64,000 nucleotides of DNA from Auanema rhodensis (taxonomy: Eukaryota; Animalia; Nematoda). Shown here piece by piece: positions 11,801 through 27,200 of this stretch; position 1 is the first letter of the stretch; every line of letters starts with the position of its first letter. The stretch covers positions 2,914,001-2,978,000 of the forward strand of contig OZ059894.1 in the NCBI GenBank assembly GCA_964057225.1, written 5' to 3'. The notes beneath the pieces are model-generated. The model saw only the letters and a program-made list of their open reading frames with translations. It was not told where the DNA came from and searched no databases. The position numbers and the translations under genes are program-made.

Positions 11801-14036
11801 TTGCCTTGAAAAAAAGAATCTAAAAACATCTACTTTTTGCTAAATTATTTTGAAATTTTTCGAAAAAATTTTTGTCAAAATGTTTTTGGAAGCAATGTTG
11901 AGTGTACATGGAAACTCAACATACACTAATGCATCATTTTTCAAACGATCATAACTAATTTTTGTATTGAGCGTTTTTCAATGTAGTATAGTGCATTCGA
12001 TGCGGATTTTTAAGCTGCGTCGAGCTGTGTTATCAGATTTGCGCTAGCTTAAAAATGCACCGAGATATCAACTGATATAAGTTCACACTTATATCCTCGA
12101 TTTTCACCCTGAAGAATTAGTTTTTTCGTTGAATAACATTGTCCATCGTCTTTGCCTTGAAAAAAGGAATCTAAAAACATCTACTTTTCGCTAAATTATT
12201 TTGAAATTTTTCGAAAAAATTTTTGTCAAAATGTTTTTGGAAGCAATGTTGAGTGTACATGGAAACTCAACATACACTAATGCATCATTTTTCAAACGAT
12301 CATAACTAATTTTTGTATTAAGCGTTTTTCAATGTAGTATAGTGCATTCGATGCGGATTTTTAAGCTGCGTCGAGCTGTGTTATCAGATTTGCGCTAGCT
12401 TAAAAATGCACCGAGATATCAACTGATATAAGTTCACACTTATATCCTCGATTTTCACCCTGAAGAATTAGTTTTTTCGTTGAATAACATTGTCCATCGT
12501 CTTTGCCTTGAAAAAAGGAATCTAAAAACATCTACTTTTTGCTAAATTATTTTGAAATTTTTCGAAAAAACTTTTGTCAAAATGTTTTTGGAAGCAATGT
12601 TGAGTGTACATGGAAACTCAACATACACTAATGCATCATTTTTCAAACGATCATAACTAATTTTTGTATTAAGCGTTTTTCAATGTAGTATAGTGCATTC
12701 GATGCGGATTTTTAAGCTGCGTCGATCTGTGTTATCAGATTTGCGCTAGCTTAAAAATGCACCGAGATATCAACTGATATAAGTTCACACTTATATCCTC
12801 GATTTTCACCCTGAAGAATTAATTTTTTCGTTGAATAACATTGTCCATCGTCTTTGCCTTGAAAAAAGAAATCTAAAAACATCTACTTTTCGCTAAATTA
12901 TTTTGAAATTTTTCGAAAAAATTTTTGTCAAAATGTTTTTGGAAGCAATGTTGAGTGTACATGGAAACTCAACATACACTAATGCATCATTTTTCAAACG
13001 ATCATAACTAATTTTTGTATTAAGCGTTTTTCAATGTAGTATAGTGCATTCGATGCGGATTTTCAAGCTGCGTCGATCTGTGTTATCAGATTTGCGCTAG
13101 CTTAAAAATGCACCGAGATATCAACTGATATAAGTTCACACATATATCCTCGATTTTCACCCTGAAGAATTAATTTTTTCGTTGAATAACATTGTCCATC
13201 GTCTTTGCCTTGAAAAAAGGAATCAAAAACCTCTACTTTTCGCTAAATTATTTTGAAATTTTTCGAAAAAATTTTTGTCAAAATGTTTTTGGAAGCAATG
13301 TTGAGTGTACATGGAAACTCAACATACACTAATGCATCATTTTTCAAACTATCATAACTAATTTTTGTATTGAGCGTTTTTCAATGTAGTATAGTGCATT
13401 CGATGCGGATTTTTAAGCTGCGTCGAGCTGTGTAATCAGATTTGCGCTAGCTTAAAAATGCACCGAGATATCAACTGATATAAGTTCACACATATATCCT
13501 CGATTTTCACCCTGAAGAATTAATTTTTTCGTTGAATAACATTGTCCATCGTCTTTGCCTTGAAAAAAGGAATCAAAAACCTCTACTTTTCGCTAAATTA
13601 TTTTGAAATTTTTCGAAAAAATTTTTGTCAAAATGTTTTTGGAAGCAATGTTGAGTGTACATGGAAACTCAACATACACTAATGCATCATTTTTCAAACT
13701 ATCATAACTAATTTTTGTATTGAGCGTTTTTCAATGTAGTATAGTGCATTCGATGCGGATTTTTAAGCTGCGTCGAGCTGTGTTATCAGATTTGCGCTAG
13801 CTTAAAAATGCACCGAGATATCAACTGATATAAGTTCACACTTATATCCTCGATTTTCACCCTGAAGAATTAATTTTTTCGTTGAATAACATTGTCCATC
13901 GTCTTTGCCTTGAAAAAAGGAATCTAAAAACATCTACTTTTCGCTAAATTATTTTGAAATTTTTCGAAAAAATTTTTGTCAAAATGTTTTTGGAAGCAAT
14001 GTTGAGTGTACATGGAAACTCAACATACACTAATGC

Positions 14037-17000
14037 ATCATTTTTCAAACGATCATAACTAATTTTTGTATTAAGCGTTTTTCAATGTAGTATAGTGCAT
14101 TCGATGCGGATTTTTAAGCTGCGTCGAGCTGTGTTATCAAATTTGCGCTAGCTTAAAAATGCACCGAGATATCAACTGATATAAGTTCACACATATATCC
14201 TCGATTTTCACCCTGAAGAATTAATTTTTTCGTTGAATAACATTGTCCATCGTCTTTGCCTTGAAAAAAGGAATCTAAAAACATCTACTTTTCGCTAAAT
14301 TATTTTGAAATTTTTCGAAAAAATTTTTGTCAAAATGTTTTTGGAAGCAATGTTGAGTGTACATGGAAACTCAACATACACTAATGCATCATTTTTCAAA
14401 CGATCATAACTAATTTTTGTATTAAGCGTTTTTCAATGTAGTATAGTGCATTCGATGCGGATTTTCAAGCTGCGTCGATCTGTGTTATCAGATTTGCGCT
14501 AGCTTAAAAATGCACTGAGATATCAACTGATATAAGTTCACACTTATATCCTCGATTTTCACCATGAAGAATTAATTTTTTCGATGAATAACATTGTCCA
14601 TCGTCTTTGCCTTGAAAAAAAGAATCTAAAAACATCTACTTTTTGCTAAATTATTTTGAAATTTTTCGAAAAAATTTTTGTCAAAATGTTTTTGGAAGCA
14701 ATGTTGAGTGTACATGGAAACTCAACATACACTAATGCATCATTTTTCAAACGATCATAACTAATTTTTGTATTGAGCGTTTTTCAATGTAGTATAGTGC
14801 ATTCGATGCGGATTTTTAAGCTGCGTCGAGCTGTGTTATCAGATTTGCGCTAGCTTAAAAATGCACCGAGATATCAACTGATATAAGTTCACACTTATAT
14901 CCTCGATTTTCACCCTGAAGAATTAGTTTTTTCGTTGAATAACATTGTCCATCGTCTTTGCCTTGAAAAAAGGAATCTAAAAACATCTACTTTTCGCTAA
15001 ATTATTTTGAAATTTTTCGAAAAAATTTTTGTCAAAATGTTTTTGGAAGCAATGTTGAGTGTACATGGAAACTCAACATACACTAATGCATCATTTTTCA
15101 AACGATCATAACTAATTTTTGTATTAAGCGTTTTTCAATGTAGTGTAGTGCATTCGATGCGGATTTTTAAGCTGCGTCGAGCTGTGTTATCAAATTTGCG
15201 CTAGCTTAAAAATGCACCGAGATATCAACTGATATAAGTTCACACATATATCCTCGATTTTCACCCTGAAGAATTAATTTTTTCGTTGAATAACATTGTC
15301 CATCGTCTTTGCCTTGAAAAAAGGAATCTAAAAACATCTACTTTTCGCTAAATTATTTTGAAATTTTTCGAAAAAATTTTTGTCAAAATGTTTTTGGAAG
15401 CAATGTTGAGTGTACATGGAAACTCAACATACACTAATGCATCATTTTTCAAACGATCATAACTAATTTTTGTATTAAGCGTTTTTCAATGTAGTATAGT
15501 GCATTCGATGCGAATTTTTAAGCTGCGTCGAGCTGTGTTATCAGATTTGCGCTAGCTTAAAAATGCACCGAGATATCAACTGATATAAGTTCACACTTAT
15601 ATCCTCGATTTTCACCCTGAAGAATTAATTTTTTCGTTGAATAACATTGTCCATCGTCTTTGCCTTGAAAAAAGGAATCTAAAAACATCTACTTTTCGCT
15701 AAATTATTTTGAAATTTTTCGAAAAAATTTTTATCAAAATGTTTTTGGAAGCAATGTTGAGTGTACATGGAAACTCAACATACACTAATGCATCATTTTT
15801 CAAACGATCATAACTAATTTTTGTATTAAGCGTTTTTCAATGTAGTATAGTGCATTCGATGCGGATTTTTAAGCTGCGTCGAGCTGTGTTATCAAATTTG
15901 CGCTAGCTTAAAAATGCACCGAGATATCAACTGATATAAGTTCACACATATATCCTCGATTTTCACCCTGAAGAATTAATTTTTTCGTTGAATAACATTG
16001 TCCATCGTCTTTGCCTTGAAAAAAGGAATCTAAAAACATCTACTTTTCGCTAAATTATTTTGAAATTTTTCGAAAAAATTTTTGTCAAAATGTTTTTGGA
16101 AGCAATGTTGAGTGTACATGGAAACTCAACATACACTAATGCATCATTTTTCAAACGATCATAACTAATTTTTGTATTAAGCGTTTTTCAATGTAGTATA
16201 GTGCATTCGATGCGGATTTTCAAGCTGCGTCGATCTGTGTTATCAGATTTGCGCTAGCTTAAAAATGCACTGAGATATCAACTGATATAAGTTCACACTT
16301 ATATCCTCGATTTTCACCATGAAGAATTAATTTTTTCGATGAATAACATTGTCCATCGTCTTTGCCTTGAAAAAAAGAATCTAAAAACATCTACTTTTTG
16401 CTAAATTATTTTGAAATTTTTCGAAAAAATTTTTGTCAAAATGTTTTTGGAAGCAATGTTGAGTGTACATGGAAACTCAACATACACTAATGCATCATTT
16501 TTCAAACGATCATAACTAATTTTTGTATTGAGCGTTTTTCAATGTAGTATAGTGCATTCGATGCGGATTTTTAAGCTGCGTCGAGCTGTGTTATCAGATT
16601 TGCGCTAGCTTAAAAATGCACCGAGATATCAACTGATATAAGTTCACACTTATATCCTCGATTTTCACCCTGAAGAATTAGTTTTTTCGTTGAATAACAT
16701 TGTCCATCGTCTTTGCCTTGAAAAAAGGAATCTAAAAACATCTACTTTTCGCTAAATTATTTTGAAATTTTTCGAAAAAATTTTTGTCAAAATGTTTTTG
16801 GAAGCAATGTTGAGTGTACATGGAAACTCAACATACACTAATGCATCATTTTTCAAACGATCATAACTAATTTTTGTATTAAGCGTTTTTCAATGTAGTG
16901 TAGTGCATTCGATGCGGATTTTTAAGCTGCGTCGAGCTGTGTTATCAAATTTGCGCTAGCTTAAAAATGCACCGAGATATCAACTGATATAAGTTCACAC

Positions 17001-17380
17001 ATATATCCTCGATTTTCACCCTGAAGAATTAATTTTTTCGTTGAATAACATTGTCCATCGTCTTTGCCTTGAAAAAAGGAATCTAAAAACATCTACTTTT
17101 CGCTAAATTATTTTGAAATTTTTCGAAAAAATTTTTGTCAAAATGTTTTTGGAAGCAATGTTGAGTGTACATGGAAACTCAACATACACTAATGCATCAT
17201 TTTTCAAACGATCATAACTAATTTTTGTATTAAGCGTTTTTCAATGTAGTATAGTGCATTCGATGCGAATTTTTAAGCTGCGTCGAGCTGTGTTATCAGA
17301 TTTGCGCTAGCTTAAAAATGCACCGAGATATCAACTGATATAAGTTCACACTTATATCCTCGATTTTCACCCTGAAGAAT
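14037..17380 (+). repeat. Local 5-monomer higher-order duplication (period 1755 bp)
   Basis: Private SNPs GTAGTGTAG at 15145/16900 and GCGAATT at 15513/17268, each pair 1755 apart. Confidence 0.9.
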
Positions 17381-19300
17381 TAGTTTTTTCGTTGAATAAC
17401 ATTGTCCATCGTCTTTGCCTTGAAAAAAGGAATCTAAAAACATCTACTTTTTGCTAAATTATTTTGAAATTTTTCGAAAAAATTTTTGTCAAAATGTTTT
17501 TGGAAGCAATGTTGAGTGTACATGGAAACTCAACATACACTAATGCATCATTTTTCAAACGATCATAACTAATTTTTGTATTAAGCGTTTTTCAATGTAG
17601 TATAGTGCATTCGATGCGGATTTTTAAGCTGCGTCGATCTGTGTTATCAGATTTGCGCTAGCTTAAAAATGCACCGAGATATCAACTGATATAAGTTCAC
17701 ACTTATATCCTCGATTTTCACCCTGAAGAATTAATTTTTTCGTTGAATAACATTGTCCATCGTCTTTGCCTTGAAAAAAGAAATCTAAAAACATCTACTT
17801 TTCGCTAAATTATTTTGAAATTTTTCGAAAAAATTTTTGTCAAAATGTTTTTGGAAGCAATGTTGAGTGTACATGGAAACTCAACATACACTAATGCATC
17901 ATTTTTCAAACGATCATAACTAATTTTTGTATTAAGCGTTTTTCAATGTAGTATAGTGCATTCGATGCGGATTTTCAAGCTGCGTCGATCTGTGTTATCA
18001 GATTTGCGCTAGCTTAAAAATGCACCGAGATATCAACTGATATAAGTTCACACTTATATCCTCGATTTTCACCCTGAAGAATTAGTTTTTTCGTTGAATA
18101 ACATTGTCCATCGTCTTTGCCTTGAAAAAAGGAATCTAAAAACATCTACTTTTTGCTAAATTATTTTGAAATTTTTCGAAAAAATTTTTGTCAAAATGTT
18201 TTTGGAAGCAATGTTGAGTGTACATGGAAACTCAACATACACTAATGCATCATTTTTCAAACGATCATAACTAATTTTTGTATTAAGCGTTTTTCAATGT
18301 AGTATAGTGCATTCGATGCGGATTTTTAAGCTGCGTCGATCTGTGTTATCAGATTTGCGCTAGCTTAAAAATGCACCGAGATATCAACTGATATAAGTTC
18401 ACACTTATATCCTCGATTTTCACCCTGAAGAATTAATTTTTTCGTTGAATAACATTGTCCATCGTCTTTGCTTTGAAAAAAGAAATCTAAAAACATCTAC
18501 TTTTCGCTAAATTATTTTGAAATTTTTCGAAAAAATTTTTGTCAAAATGTTTTTGGAAGCAATGTTGAGTGTACATGGAAACTCAACATACACTAATGCA
18601 TCATTTTTCAAACGATCATAACTAATTTTTGTATTAAGCGTTTTTCAATGTAGTATAGTGCATTCGATGCGGATTTTCAAGCTGCGTCGATCTGTGTTAT
18701 CAGATTTGCGCTAGCTTAAAAATGCACCGAGATATCAACTGATATAAGTTCACACATATATCCTCGATTTTCACCCTGAAGAATTAATTTTTTCGTTGAA
18801 TAACATTGTCCATCGTCTTTGCCTTGAAAAAAGGAATCAAAAACCTCTACTTTTCGCTAAATTATTTTGAAATTTTTCGAAAAAATTTTTGTCAAAATGT
18901 TTTTGGAAGCAATGTTGAGTGTACATGGAAACTCAACATACACTAATGCATCATTTTTCAAACTATCATAACTAATTTTTGTATTGAGCGTTTTTCAATG
19001 TAGTATAGTGCATTCGATGCGGATTTTTAAGCTGCGTCGAGCTGTGTAATCAGATTTGCGCTAGCTTAAAAATGCACCGAGATATCAACTGATATAAGTT
19101 CACACTTATATCCTCGATTTTCACCCTGAAGAATTAAGTTTTTCGTTGAATAACATTGTCCATCGTCTTTGCCTTGAAAAAAGAAATCTAAAAACATCTA
19201 CTTTTCGCTAAATTATTTTGAAATTTTTCGAAAAAATTTTTGTCAAAATGTTTTTGGAAGCAATGTTGAGTGTACATGGAAACTCAACATACACTAATGC

Positions 19301-22300
19301 ATCATTTTTCAAACGATCATAACTAATTTTTGTATTAAGCGTTTTTCAATGTGGTATAGTGCATTCGATGCGGATTTTCAAGCTGCGTCGATCTGTGTTA
19401 TCAGATTTGCGCTAGCTTAAAAATGCACCGAGATATCAACTGATATAAGTTCACACATATATCCTCGATTTTCACCCTGAAGAATTAATTTTTTCGTTGA
19501 ATAACATTGTCCATCGTCTTTGCCTTGAAAAAAGGAATCAAAAACCTCTACTTTTCGCTAAATTATTTTGAAATTTTTCGAAAAAATTTTTGTCAAAATG
19601 TTTTTGGAAGCAATGTTGAGTGTACATGGAAACTCAACATACACTAATGCATCATTTTTCAAACTATCATAACTAATTTTTGTATTGAGCGTTTTTCAAT
19701 GTAGTATAGTGCATTCGATGCGGATTTTTAAGCTGCGTCGAGCTGTGTAATCAGATTTGCGCTAGCTTAAAAATGCACCGAGATATCAACTGATATAAGT
19801 TCACACTTATATCCTCGATTTTCACCCTGAAGAATTAATTTTTTCGTTGAATAACATTGTCCATCGTCTTTGCCTTGAAAAAAGGAATCTAAAAACATCT
19901 ACTTTTCGCTAAATTATTTTGAAATGTTTCGAAAAAATTTTTGTCAAAATGTTTTTGGAAGCAATGTTGAGTGTACATGGAAACTCAACATACACTAATG
20001 CATCATTTTTCAAACGATCATAACTAATTTTTGTATTAAGCGTTTTTCAATGTAGTATAGTGCATTCGATGCGGATTTTTAAGCTGCGTCGAGCTGTGTT
20101 ATCAAATTTGCGCTAGCTTAAAAATGCACCGAGATATCAACTGATATAAGTTCACACATATATCCTCGATTTTCACCCTGAAGAATTAATTTTTTCGTTG
20201 AATAACATTGTCCATCGTCTTTGCCTTGAAAAAAGGAATCTAAAAACATCTACTTTTCGCTAAATTATTTTGAAATTTTTCGAAAAAATTTTTGTCAAAA
20301 TGTTTTTGGAAGCAATGTTGAGTGTACATGGAAACTCAACATACACTAATGCATCATTTTTCAAACGATCATAACTAATTTTTGTATTAAGCGTTTTTCA
20401 ATGTAGTATAGTGTATTCGATGCGGATTTTCAAGCTGCGTCGATCTGTGTTATCAGATTTGCGCTAGCTTAAAAATGCACTGAGATATCAACTGATATAA
20501 GTTCACACTTATATCCTCGATTTTCACCATGAAGAATTAATTTTTTCGATGAATAACATTGTCCATCGTCTTTGCCTTGAAAAAAAGAATCTAAAAACAT
20601 CTACTTTTTGCTAAATTATTTTGAAATTTTTCGAAAAAATTTTTGTCAAAATGTTTTTGGAAGCAATGTTGAGTGTACATGGAAACTCAACATACACTAA
20701 TGCATCATTTTTCAAACGATCATAACTAATTTTTGTATTGAGCGTTTTTCAATGTAGTATAGTGCATTCGATGCGGATTTTTAAGCTGCGTCGAGCTGTG
20801 TTATCAGATTTGCGCTAGCTTAAAAATGCACCGAGATATCAACTGATATAAGTTCACACTTATATCCTCGATTTTCACCCTGAAGAATTAATTTTTTCGT
20901 TGAATAACATTGTCCATCGTCTTTGCCTTGAAAAAAGGAATCTAAAAACATCTACTTTTCGCTAAATTATTTTGAAATTTTTCGAAAAAATTTTTGTCAA
21001 AATGTTTTTGGAAGCAATGTTGAGTGTACATGGAAACTCAACATACACTAATGCATCATTTTTCAAACGATCATAACTAATTTTTGTATTAAGCGTTTTT
21101 CAATGTAGTATAGTGCATTCGATGCGGATTTTTAAGCTGCGTCGAGCTGTGTTATCAAATTTGCGCTAGCTTAAAAATGCACCGAGATATCAACTGATAT
21201 AAGTTCACACATATATCCTCGATTTTCACCCTGAAGAATTAATTTTTTCGTTGAATAACATTGTCCATCGTCTTTGCCTTGAAAAAAGGAATCTAAAAAC
21301 ATCTACTTTTCGCTAAATTATTTTGAAATTTTCCGAAAAAATTTTTGTCAAAATGTTTTTGGAAGCAATGTTGAGTGTACATGGAAACTCAACATACACT
21401 AATGCATCATTTTTCAAACGATCATAACTAATTTTTGTATTAAGCGTTTTTCAATGTGGTATAGTGCATTCGATGCGGATTTTCAAGCTGCGTCGATCTG
21501 TGTTATCAGATTTGCGCTAGCTTAAAAATGCACCGAGATATCAACTGATATAAGTTCACACATATATCCTCGATTTTCACCCTGAAGAATTAATTTTTTC
21601 GTTGAATAACATTGTCCATCGTCTTTGCCTTGAAAAAAGGAATCAAAAACCTCTACTTTTCGCTAAATTATTTTGAAATTTTTCGAAAAAATTTTTGTCA
21701 AAATGTTTTTGGAAGCAATGTTGAGTGTACATGGAAACTCAACATACACTAATGCATCATTTTTCAAACTATCATAACTAATTTTTGTATTGAGCGTTTT
21801 TCAATGTAGTATAGTGCATTCGATGCGGATTTTTAAGCTGCGTCGAGCTGTGTAATCAGATTTGCGCTAGCTTAAAAATGCACCGAGATATCAACTGATA
21901 TAAGTTCACACTTATATCCTCGATTTTCACCCTGAAGAATTAATTTTTTCGTTGAATAACATTGTCCATCGTCTTTGCCTTGAAAAAAGGAATCTAAAAA
22001 CATCTACTTTTCGCTAAATTATTTTGAAATTTTTCGAAAAAATTTTTGTCAAAATGTTTTTGGAAGCAATGTTGAGTGTACATGGAAACTCAACATACAC
22101 TAATGCATCATTTTTCAAACGATCATAACTAATTTTTGTATTAAGCGTTTTTCAATGTAGTATAGTGCATTCGATGCGGATTTTTAAGCTGCGTCGAGCT
22201 GTGTTATCAAATTTGCGCTAGCTTAAAAATGCACCGAGATATCAACTGATATAAGTTCACACATATATCCTCGATTTTCACCCTGAAGAATTAATTTTTT

Positions 22301-23260
22301 CGTTGAATAACATTGTCCATCGTCTTTGCCTTGAAAAAAGGAATCTAAAAACATCTACTTTTCGCTAAATTATTTTGAAATTTTTCGAAAAAATTTTTGT
22401 CAAAATGTTTTTGGAAGCAATGTTGAGTGTACATGGAAACTCAACATACACTAATGCATCATTTTTCAAACGATCATAACTAATTTTTGTATTAAGCGTT
22501 TTTCAATGTAGTATAGTGTATTCGATGCGGATTTTCAAGCTGCGTCGATCTGTGTTATCAGATTTGCGCTAGCTTAAAAATGCACTGAGATATCAACTGA
22601 TATAAGTTCACACTTATATCCTCGATTTTCACCATGAAGAATTAATTTTTTCGATGAATAACATTGTCCATCGTCTTTGCCTTGAAAAAAAGAATCTAAA
22701 AACATCTACTTTTTGCTAAATTATTTTGAAATTTTTCGAAAAAATTTTTGTCAAAATGTTTTTGGAAGCAATGTTGAGTGTACATGGAAACTCAACATAC
22801 ACTAATGCATCATTTTTCAAACGATCATAACTAATTTTTGTATTGAGCGTTTTTCAATGTAGTATAGTGCATTCGATGCGGATTTTTAAGCTGCGTCGAG
22901 CTGTGTTATCAGATTTGCGCTAGCTTAAAAATGCACCGAGATATCAACTGATATAAGTTCACACTTATATCCTCGATTTTCACCCTGAAGAATTAATTTT
23001 TTCGTTGAATAACATTGTCCATCGTCTTTGCCTTGAAAAAAGGAATCTAAAAACATCTACTTTTCGCTAAATTATTTTGAAATTTTTCGAAAAAATTTTT
23101 GTCAAAATGTTTTTGGAAGCAATGTTGAGTGTACATGGAAACTCAACATACACTAATGCATCATTTTTCAAACGATCATAACTAATTTTTGTATTAAGCG
23201 TTTTTCAATGTAGTATAGTGCATTCGATGCGGATTTTTAAGCTGCGTCGAGCTGTGTTAT
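19301..23260 (+). repeat. Local 6-monomer higher-order duplication (period 2105 bp)
   Basis: Private SNPs ATGTGGTA at 19353/21458 and GTGTATTCG at 20414/22519, each pair 2105 apart (6x351-1). Confidence 0.9.
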
Positions 23261-24291
23261 CAGATTTGCGCTAGCTTAAAAATGCACCGAGATATCAACT
23301 GATATAAGTTCACACTTATATCCTCGATTTTCACCCTGAAGAATTAGTTTTTTCGTTGAATAACATTGTCCATCGTCTTTGCCTTGAAAAAAGGAATCTA
23401 AAAACATCTACTTTTCGCTAAATTATTTTGAAATTTTTCGAAAAAATTTTTGTCAAAATGTTTTTGGAAGCAATGTTGAGTGTACATGGAAACTCAACAT
23501 ACACTAATGCATCATTTTTCAAACGATCATAACTAATTTTTGTATTAAGCGTTTTTCAATGTAGTATAGTGCATTCGATGCGGATTTTTAAGCTGCGTCG
23601 AGCTGTGTTATCAGATTTGCGCTAGCTTAAAAATGCACCGAGATATCAACTGATATAAGTTCACACTTATATCCTCGATTTTCACCCTGAAGAATTAGTT
23701 TTTTCGTTGAATAACATTGTTCATCGTCTTTGCCTTGAAAAAAGGAATCTAAAAACATCTACTTTTTGCTAAATTATTTTGAAATTTTTCGAAAAAATTT
23801 TTGTCAAAATGTTTTTGGAAGCAATGTTGAGTGTACATGGAAACTCAACATACACTAATGCATCATTTTTCAAACGATCATAACTAATTTTTGTATTAAG
23901 CGTTTTTCAATGTAGTATAGTGCATTCGATGCGGATTTTTAAGCTGCGTCGAGCTGTGTTATCAGATTTGCGCTAGCTTAAAAATGCACCGAGATATCAA
24001 CTGATATAAGTTCACACATATATCCTCGATTTTCACCCTGAAGAATCAATTTTTTCGTTGAATAACATTGTCCATCGTCTTTGCCTTGAAAAAAGGAATC
24101 TAAAAACATCTACTTTTCGCTAAATTATTTTGAAATTTTTCGAAAAAATTTTTGTCAAAATGTTTTTGGAAGCAATGTTGAGTGTACATGGAAACTCAAC
24201 ATACACTAATGCATCATTTTTCAAACGATCATAACTAATTTTTGTATTAAGCGTTTTTCAATGTAGTATAGTGCATTCGATGCGGATTTTC

Positions 24292-27200
24292 AAGCTGCGT
24301 CGATCTGTGTTATCAGATTTGCGCTAGCTTAAAAATGCACTGAGATATCAACTGATATAAGTTCACACTTATATCCTCGATTTTCACCATGAAGAATTAA
24401 TTTTTTCGATGAATAACATTGTCCATCGTCTTTGCCTTGAAAAAAAGAATCTAAAAACATCTACTTTTTGCTAAATTATTTTGAAATTTTTCGAAAAAAT
24501 TTTTGTCAAAATGTTTTTGGAAGCAATGTTGAGTGTACATGGAAACTCAACATACACTAATGCATCATTTTTCAAACGATCATAACTAATTTTTGTATTG
24601 AGCGTTTTTCAATGTAGTATAGTGCATTCGATGCGGATTTTTAAGCTGCGTCGAGCTGTGTTATCAGATTTGCGCTAGCTTAAAAATGCACCGAGATATC
24701 AACTGATATAAGTTCACACATATATCCTCGATTTTCACCCTGAAGAATTAATTTTTTCGTTGAATAACATTGTCCATCGTCTTTGCCTTGAAAAAAGGAA
24801 TCTAAAAACATCTACTTTTCGCTAAATTATTTTGAAATTTTTCGAAAAAATTTTTGTCAAAATGTTTTTGGAAGCAATGTTGAGTGTACATGGAAACTCA
24901 ACATACACTAATGCATCATTTTTCAAACGATCATAACTAATTTTTGTATTAAGCGTTTTTCAATGTAGTATAGTGCATTCGATGCGGATTTTTAAGCTGC
25001 GTCGAGCTGTGTTATCAGATTTGCGCTAGCTTAAAAATGCACCGAGATATCAACTGATATAAGTTCACACATATATCCTCGATTTTCACCCTGAAGAATT
25101 AATTTTTTCGTTGAATAACATTGTCCATCGTCTTTGCCTTGAAAAAAGGAATCTAAAAACATCTACTTTTCGCTAAATTATTTTGAAATTTTTCGAAAAA
25201 ATTTTTGTCAAAATGTTTTTGGAAGCAATGTTGAGTGTACATGGAAACTCAACATACACTAATGCATCATTTTTCAAACGATCATAACTAATTTTTGTAT
25301 TAAGCGTTTTTCAATGTAGTATAGTGCATTCGATGCGGATTTTTAAGCTGCGTCGATCTGTGTTATCAGATTTGCGCTAGCTTGAAAATGCACCGAGATA
25401 TCAACTGATATAAGTTCACACTTATATCCTCGATTTTCACCCTGAAGAATTAATTTTTTCGTTGAATAACATTGTCCATCGTCTTTGCCTTGAAAAAAGG
25501 AATCTAAAAACATCTACTTTTCGCTAAATTATTTTGAAATTTTTCGAAAAAATTTTTGTCAAAATGTTTTTGGAAGCAATGTTGAGTGTACATGGAAACT
25601 CAACATACACTAATGCATCATTTTTCAAACGATCATAACTAATTTTTGTATTAAGCGTTTTTCAATGTAGTATAGTGCATTCGATGCGGATTTTTAAGCT
25701 GCGTCGAGCTGTGTTATCAGATTTGCGCTAGCTTAAAAATGCACCGAGATATCAACTGATATAAGTTCACACTTATATCCTCGATTTTCACCCTGAAGAA
25801 TTAGTTTTTTCGTTGAATAACATTGTCCATCGTCTTTGCCTTGAAAAAAGGAATCTAAAAACATCTACTTTTCGCTAAATTATTTTGAAATTTTTCGAAA
25901 AAATTTTTGTCAAAATGTTTTTGGAAGCAATGTTGAGTGTACATGGAAACTCAACATACACTAATGCATCATTTTTCAAACGATCATAACTAATTTTTGT
26001 ATTAAGCGTTTTTCAATGTAGTATAGTGCATTCGATGCGGATTTTTAAGCTGCGTCGAGCTGTGTTATCACATTTGCGCTAGCTTAAAAATGCACCGAGA
26101 TATCAACTGATATAAGTTCACACTTATATCCTCGATTTTCACCCTGAAGAATTAGTTTTTTCGTTGAATAACATTGTCCATCGTCTTTGCCTTGAAAAAA
26201 GGAATCTAAAAACATCTACTTTTTGCTAAATTATTTTGAAATTTTTCGAAAAAATTTTTGTCAAAATGTTTTTGGAAGCAATGTTGAGTGTACATGGAAA
26301 CTCAACATACACTAATGCATCATTTTTCAAACGATCATAACTAATTTTTGTATTGAGCGTTTTTCAATGTAGTATAGTGCATTCGATGCGGATTTTTAAG
26401 CTGCGTCGAGCTGTGTTATCAGATTTGCGCTAGCTTAAAAATGCACCGAGATATCAACTGATATAAGTTCACACATATATCCTCGATTTTCACCCTGAAG
26501 AATTAAATTTTTCGTTGAATAACATTGTCCATCGTCTTTGCCTTGAAAAAAGGAAACTAAAAACATCTACTTTTCGCTAAATTATTTTGAAATTTTTCGA
26601 AAAAATTTTTGTCAAAATGTTTTTGGAAGCAATGTTGAGTGTACATGGAAACTCAACATACACTAATGCATCATTTTTCAAACGATCATAACTAATTTTT
26701 GTATTAAGCGTTTTTCAATGTAGTATAGTGCATTCGATGCGGATTTTCAAGCTGCGTCGATCTGTGTTATCAGATTTGCGCTAGCTTAAAAATGCACCGA
26801 GATATCAACTGATATAAGTTCACACTTATATCCTCGATTTTCACCCTGAAGAATTAATTTTTTCGATGAATAACATTGTCCATCGTCTTTGCCTTGAAAA
26901 AAGAAATCTAAAAACATCTACTTTTCGCTAAATTATTTTGAAATTTTTCGAAAAAATTTTTGTCAAAATGTTTTTGGAAGCAATGTTGAGTGTACATGGA
27001 AACTCAACATACACTAATGCATCATTTTTCAAACGATCATAACTAATTTTTGTATTAAGCGTTTTTCAATGTAGTATAGTGCATTCGATGCGGATTTTTA
27101 AGCTGCGTCGATCTGTGTTATCAGATTTGCGCTAGCTTAAAAATGCACTGAGATATCAACTGATATAAGTTCACACTTATATCCTCGATTTTCACCATGA

